9,490 nt of DNA, taken from assembly GCA_964507075.1 (NCBI GenBank), contig CAZDOL010000019.1:1-9490 (forward strand), read 5' to 3'. The first letter of the stretch is position 1, and every line of letters starts with the position of its first letter. The notes under the pieces are model-generated. The model ran no database searches. It was not told the DNA's origin and worked only from the letters and a program-made list of their open reading frames with translations. The DNA is from an uncultured Gammaproteobacteria bacterium (GTDB taxonomy: Bacteria > Patescibacteriota > Patescibacteriia > UBA2591 > UBA6264). The translations under genes were made by a program, and so were the position numbers. Below, piece after piece: positions 5,918 to 9,490 of the stretch.

Positions 5918-6805
5918 CTACCCGAGGAAGACGAGCCCGCCCGAACAGCTGACATAAGCGCAAGCCAAATCGTCCGTGAAGTCGAAGGCAAGCAAGTCGT
6001 CGAGAGCTTTGAAGTAGAGCGAAGAGCCAGAGGACCGCCATTGTAAAGCTGCTAAATCCAAGCCCGAGGTATTCCAATCTCGAGCAAGAATGTCGGGATA
6101 CATCACCATAGCAATGGCAGTATCCATACCTGAAAGGATAAATCCTTCTGGTAATGTTGACATTTGCTTTCTGTCGGCGTTGACAGAGAACCCTTGTAAA
6201 GGATTCGGGAAATGAAGTCCGATAACAGGACCTTCTTTCATTCGCTCAATGAGCTGGTCATGGCGGGCCCCATCAACAATGCTGACATTATTAGCCAGAG
6301 TGCCTTGGCGATAATTATTGAAACTCCGATGATCAAAGGCCTTGCCATAACTTTCCTTAACTCCTGCCAGATACAGTTCCATTTCGGCACCAAGATCATT
6401 ATTCACAATCTTGGGCATAATCACTGGCAGATAGACGCCTTTAGCGATATTGGCGATCTGAGGATTACCATTGACGATAGCCAACAGACGTTCGGTTTCG
6501 GACTTGAGCTGTTCGGCAGTTACGCCTGTGTCAATGCCGAGACATCCGTGAAGTCTCAAAATGCGATTGGCGAAATCCACGTCCTTCTTCAGTTTGGGCT
6601 GAATAAGGTGAAAATCTTTGTCTGGGTCACAAACGTTAGTTTGTAGTCCCTTAGGAATTCGGCGACCGCGTTTGTCAAAGAGTATTTTGACAATATCTTC
6701 AAATTTAACTGAAACCTCACCTCTCAATAATTTTTTTGCGTTCTCTTCTCCGATGATGTTAAGGAGCGCTTCATCTTGCCCTCTAGTCCAATCTGCGTAT
6801 TTCAT
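5918..6805 (-). CDS. DGR variable (target) protein of unrecognised family with a C-terminal VR
   Basis: 295 aa ORF preceded by a strong SD (AGGAGG). The last 40 codons (WRSSGSSLYFKALDDLLAFDFTDDLACAYVSCSGGLVFLG*) are the VR. No signal peptide or TM helix is visible. I recognise no N-terminal domain. Confidence 0.9.
   Translation of the reverse strand: MKYADWTRGQDEALLNIIGEENAKKLLRGEVSVKFEDIVKILFDKRGRRIPKGLQTNVCDPDKDFHLIQPKLKKDVDFANRILRLHGCLGIDTGVTAEQLKSETERLLAIVNGNPQIANIAKGVYLPVIMPKIVNNDLGAEMELYLAGVKESYGKAFDHRSFNNYRQGTLANNVSIVDGARHDQLIERMKEGPVIGLHFPNPLQGFSVNADRKQMSTLPEGFILSGMDTAIAMVMYPDILARDWNTSGLDLAALQWRSSGSSLYFKALDDLLAFDFTDDLACAYVSCSGGLVFLG
5920..6040 (-). repeat. DGR variable repeat (VR)
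   Basis: Copy of the TR at the 3' end of the target ORF. It has 14 substitutions, all at TR-adenine positions. Homology ends exactly at the stop codon. Confidence 0.93.
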
Positions 6806-6809
6806 GTGT

Positions 6810-6815
6810 CCTCCT
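6810..6815 (-). promoter_or_regulatory. Shine-Dalgarno site of the target gene
   Basis: The minus strand reads aaAGGAGGacacATG. The perfect AGGAGG sits 4 nt upstream of the ATG at 6805-6803. Confidence 0.75.
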
Positions 6816-6913
6816 TTTCAGGCTAAAAGCCCGAAAAATATTTTTTTCCTCTGCCTGAGGATTGGGATCTTTCCGGAGTTGGAAAGATATGTTTAATATA
6901 TCAAATTTTTACC

Positions 6914-6939
6914 AAAAAGTCAAGCATGCTTGCTTGACT
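6914..6939 (-). terminator. Rho-independent terminator of the ABC transporter operon
   Basis: Stem agtcaagca (6918-6926) pairs with tgcttgact (6931-6939), loop tgct. On the minus strand it is followed by TTTTGGT. It lies 45 nt past the permease stop at 6984-6986. Confidence 0.6.
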
Positions 6940-6983
6940 AAAATTAAGTATTTTTCGTTCAAAATTGATATTTTTATTAATTT

Positions 6984-8207
6984 TTATTCATAACGTAAGG
7001 CTTCAATGGGATTAAGTTTAGCGGCTTGTTGAGCCGGATAATATCCAAAAATTACACCAATGGTCACCGCCACAGTGAAGGCTAAAATAATAGAGGAAAA
7101 ATTGACAGTAGTATTCATTCCTCCAAAATGACCAACCAAATAAGAAGCTAAATAGCCAACCAAAATACCAATAACTCCTCCGATAAACGTTAGGGTGATG
7201 GATTCTATTAAAAATTGAAGACTAATATCTATTTTTTTAGCTCCCAGAGATTTACGCAAACCTATTTCTCTAGTTCTCTCGGTAACAATGGTTAACATCA
7301 TATTCATAATGCCAATACCACCAACCAACAAAGATATGCCAGCAATAGCTCCTAAAAGCAAAGTCATCGTGCCCGTGACCGAAGACATTGTGTCCATAAC
7401 ATCAGTTTGATTCATAATATTGAAATCGGCTAATAAAGGATCATCAATTTTATGTCTCTTTAATAATAAAGAAGTGACTCCCTCTTGAACAATATCCATT
7501 AATTCTTTAGAGGAAACTTGAATATCAATAGAATTTATTGAATTAGTGCCCGTTAAATAATGTTGAGCTGTAGCCAGAGGGATATAAACCCTGTCATCAG
7601 CGTTCATAAAACCAGTGCCCCCCTTTTCCTTGGTTAATCCAATAACGACAAATTCCTGAGAATCAATTCTGATTTTTTCTCCTACTGGATTAACATCTTC
7701 TCCAAACAAATCTATGCTAGTTGTTGGACCAAGAACAGCTACTTTTGATATTTTCTGATTTTGAGATTCACTAACAAAGGTGCCCATCTCCATTTCTATA
7801 TCTTTTACTGATGAATAATCTTCTTTTACTCCATAAACGCTAGTGTTGGTATTAGCCCCTTTGACAACTATCTGTTTATTGCTAGAAACTATTGGAGAAA
7901 CGCTTTCTATATTTTCAACATATTTTTCAATTGCTTCAGCATCACCAAGGGTTAAAGTATTTGCTGAACCTCGACCGGATTTTACCATAGAACCAAAGCC
8001 TTGACTTGCTCCTGGACTAACCATTAATAGGTTGGAGCCTAATGATTGAATCTGATCTTCTATTTGAGTAGCAGCCCCTTGTCCAATAGAAATCATAGTA
8101 ATCACTGAAGCAATTCCAATAACTATTCCTAAAATAGTCAAAGCTGACCTTGATTTATTGCTGGCCAGAGAAAAAAATGTTTCTTTAAATAAGTCAGAAA
8201 AAAACAT
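6984..8207 (-). CDS. ABC transporter permease, MacB/FtsX family
   Basis: 407 aa. N-terminal TM helix (ALTILGIVIGIASVITMISIG), a large extracytoplasmic domain of about 220 aa, and a C-terminal FtsX-type 3-TM bundle with the motif VTERTREIGLRKSLGAKK. Confidence 0.9.
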   Translation of the reverse strand: MFFSDLFKETFFSLASNKSRSALTILGIVIGIASVITMISIGQGAATQIEDQIQSLGSNLLMVSPGASQGFGSMVKSGRGSANTLTLGDAEAIEKYVENIESVSPIVSSNKQIVVKGANTNTSVYGVKEDYSSVKDIEMEMGTFVSESQNQKISKVAVLGPTTSIDLFGEDVNPVGEKIRIDSQEFVVIGLTKEKGGTGFMNADDRVYIPLATAQHYLTGTNSINSIDIQVSSKELMDIVQEGVTSLLLKRHKIDDPLLADFNIMNQTDVMDTMSSVTGTMTLLLGAIAGISLLVGGIGIMNMMLTIVTERTREIGLRKSLGAKKIDISLQFLIESITLTFIGGVIGILVGYLASYLVGHFGGMNTTVNFSSIILAFTVAVTIGVIFGYYPAQQAAKLNPIEALRYE

Positions 8208-8218
8208 ATTATAAATAT

Positions 8219-8923
8219 TTATTTTAGGATTGAATTATTCTCAGCACTATCGGAAACTATAAATCCATCCTTAATTTCAATAATTCTATTCGTATATTTG
8301 GCTACATACTTTTCGTGAGTGATTAGAATGATAGTATGACCTTTTTCTTCATTGAGTTTTTTAAATGTATTCAAGGCAATATCTCCACTCTTGGAATCTA
8401 AATTACCTGTTGGCTCATCCGCTAAGACAAGATTTGGTTCATTAATTAAGGCGCGAGCAATGGCTACTCTTTGCATCTGTCCCCCTGACAATTGGTTCGA
8501 CAAATGATTCCAACGATCTTTGTCCAGGCCAACTGCCCTTAAAGCTTTTTCTGCTTTCTCTAAACGTTGAGATTTTGATGTCTGGGAATCATAAATTAAA
8601 GGAATCATAACATTCCTTAAAACGCTAGCCCTAGAAAGAAGATTAAAAGATTGGAAAACAAATCCAATCTCTCTTGACCTTATTTCAGCCAATTCGTTAT
8701 CTGACAATTCAAAAACATCTCTATCGTTCAAAAAATATTTACCTTCCGTTGGTCTGTCTAAAGCTCCTAAAATATGCATTAAAGTAGACTTCCCAGAACC
8801 CGAAGGACCAATTATAGACACAAACTCGCCCTTCTTGATCTCAAAGGATACTTTTTTCAAGACTGTCAATTCATTTTGCTTTCCAACAAAATATTTCTTA
8901 ACAATATTCTCGCACTTGATCAT
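8219..8923 (-). CDS. ABC transporter ATP-binding protein (MacB/LolD-type)
   Basis: 234 aa. Walker A GPSGSGKST, Q-loop FVFQSFNLL, signature LSGGQMQRVAIARAL, Walker B LVLADEPTGNLD, H-loop ILITHE. Confidence 0.95.
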   Translation of the reverse strand: MIKCENIVKKYFVGKQNELTVLKKVSFEIKKGEFVSIIGPSGSGKSTLMHILGALDRPTEGKYFLNDRDVFELSDNELAEIRSREIGFVFQSFNLLSRASVLRNVMIPLIYDSQTSKSQRLEKAEKALRAVGLDKDRWNHLSNQLSGGQMQRVAIARALINEPNLVLADEPTGNLDSKSGDIALNTFKKLNEEKGHTIILITHEKYVAKYTNRIIEIKDGFIVSDSAENNSILK

Positions 8924-8939
8924 TAATTTTTTTTATTAA

Positions 8940-9490
8940 CTAATGCATTATCATTCTCATCGTCCCGTTCATGCTGCTTCCTCCCGGAGCCCTGAAATTT
9001 TCTCTTGTCCCCGAATTAATAATATTCCCACTTCCTGAGCCTTGTAGAATAATTTCGTCACCATCAGTTAGTCCTTCGGTAATTTCTGTCGTTATTTCAT
9101 CAGTTAATCCCGTGGTAACCATTATTGGTTGAGGTTCCCCCTCGACTAAAACACTAACTATCTTTTTGTCTCCCATTTCTTTTATAGCTTCCGCCGGAAT
9201 CAATAAAGCATCTTCACAAGAATCAATAACGATTTCTGCATCAACACTCATGCCTGGTTTAATTTTCTCATCTTCAATATCAAACCCTATTTTAATACCA
9301 TAACTTACCACTCCACTAGAAACATTACCAATGGCATCTATTTCTATTATTTGACCTTCAATAGATAAATCCTCTAAAGCGTCAAATTTTAGAATAGCCT
9401 TTTGATCAAGCTCTATCTGCGCAGCTTCTATTTCATTAAGAGTTATCTCAGCTATTTTTTGAGTAGTGATTAAATTAGATATAACTGTAC
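8940..9490 (-). CDS. Efflux periplasmic adaptor / membrane-fusion protein (MacA/HlyD family), 5'-truncated by the window edge
   Basis: The track ORF starts at an internal GTG (9311). The same frame stays open to 9488 and reads ...ITLNEIEAAQIELDQKAILKFDALEDLSIEGQIIEIDAIGNVSSGVVSYGIKIGF.... This is the typical beta-barrel/MPD region of HlyD-family adaptors. It sits directly upstream of the ABC ATPase and permease genes. Confidence 0.8.
   Translation of the reverse strand, partial: TVISNLITTQKIAEITLNEIEAAQIELDQKAILKFDALEDLSIEGQIIEIDAIGNVSSGVVSYGIKIGFDIEDEKIKPGMSVDAEIVIDSCEDALLIPAEAIKEMGDKKIVSVLVEGEPQPIMVTTGLTDEITTEITEGLTDGDEIILQGSGSGNIINSGTRENFRAPGGSSMNGTMRMIMH

Larger units (their letters stand above)
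3941..6805 (-). mobile_element. Diversity-generating retroelement (DGR) cassette: target gene with VR, spacer, TR, inverted avd, RT
   Basis: DGR-type RT, Avd-like gene, and a TR/VR repeat pair whose mismatches all fall on TR adenines, all within 2.9 kb. See the individual features. Confidence 0.92.

Noticed and set aside
5759-6077. ORFs 5759..6046 (+), 5806..5991 (-) and 5850..6077 (-) over the VR region
   Set aside because: They are antisense or out of frame relative to the well-supported target ORF. They are short, with low-complexity Arg/Ser/Leu-rich translations typical of off-frame reads of GC-rich coding DNA.
6984-9490. MacA/MacB-type ABC efflux operon as something unusual or DGR-linked
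   Set aside because: Gene order (adaptor, ATPase, permease), motifs and tight spacing are typical of this very common transporter family. A terminator at 6914-6939 separates it from the DGR target gene. Nothing suggests a functional link.
1-9490. CRISPR arrays, rRNA/tRNA genes, transposase or integrase, inverted terminal repeats bounding the DGR
   Set aside because: I saw no regularly spaced direct repeats, no rRNA- or tRNA-like sequence, and no recombinase ORF. I found no matching terminal repeats flanking 3941-6805 or the GC-rich island.

Overview
AT-rich bacterial window, about 30% G+C outside one island, with nearly all genes on the minus strand. The main feature is a complete diversity-generating retroelement (DGR) at about 3941-6805. 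It has four parts. (1) A DGR-type reverse transcriptase (3941..4978, -). (2) An Avd-like four-helix-bundle accessory gene (4970..5320, +), inverted so that its start codon overlaps the RT start head-to-head. (3) A 120-nt non-coding template repeat (TR, 5390-5510, -). (4) A target gene of unrecognised family (5918..6805, -) whose last 40 codons are the variable repeat (VR, 5920-6040). TR and VR differ at 14 positions, and every one is an adenine in the TR. The TR, the spacer and the target gene sit in a ~1.5 kb island of about 50% G+C. The target is the only gene in the window with a canonical AGGAGG ribosome-binding site. Flanking genes are a soluble histidine kinase, an S66 LD-carboxypeptidase, a lysine-rich histone-H1-like protein, a short MscS-family channel and a secreted acidic coiled-coil protein. 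A MacA/MacB-type ABC efflux operon follows, and its adaptor gene is truncated at the window edge. Several hairpin terminators are visible. I found no rRNA, tRNA, CRISPR array or transposase.
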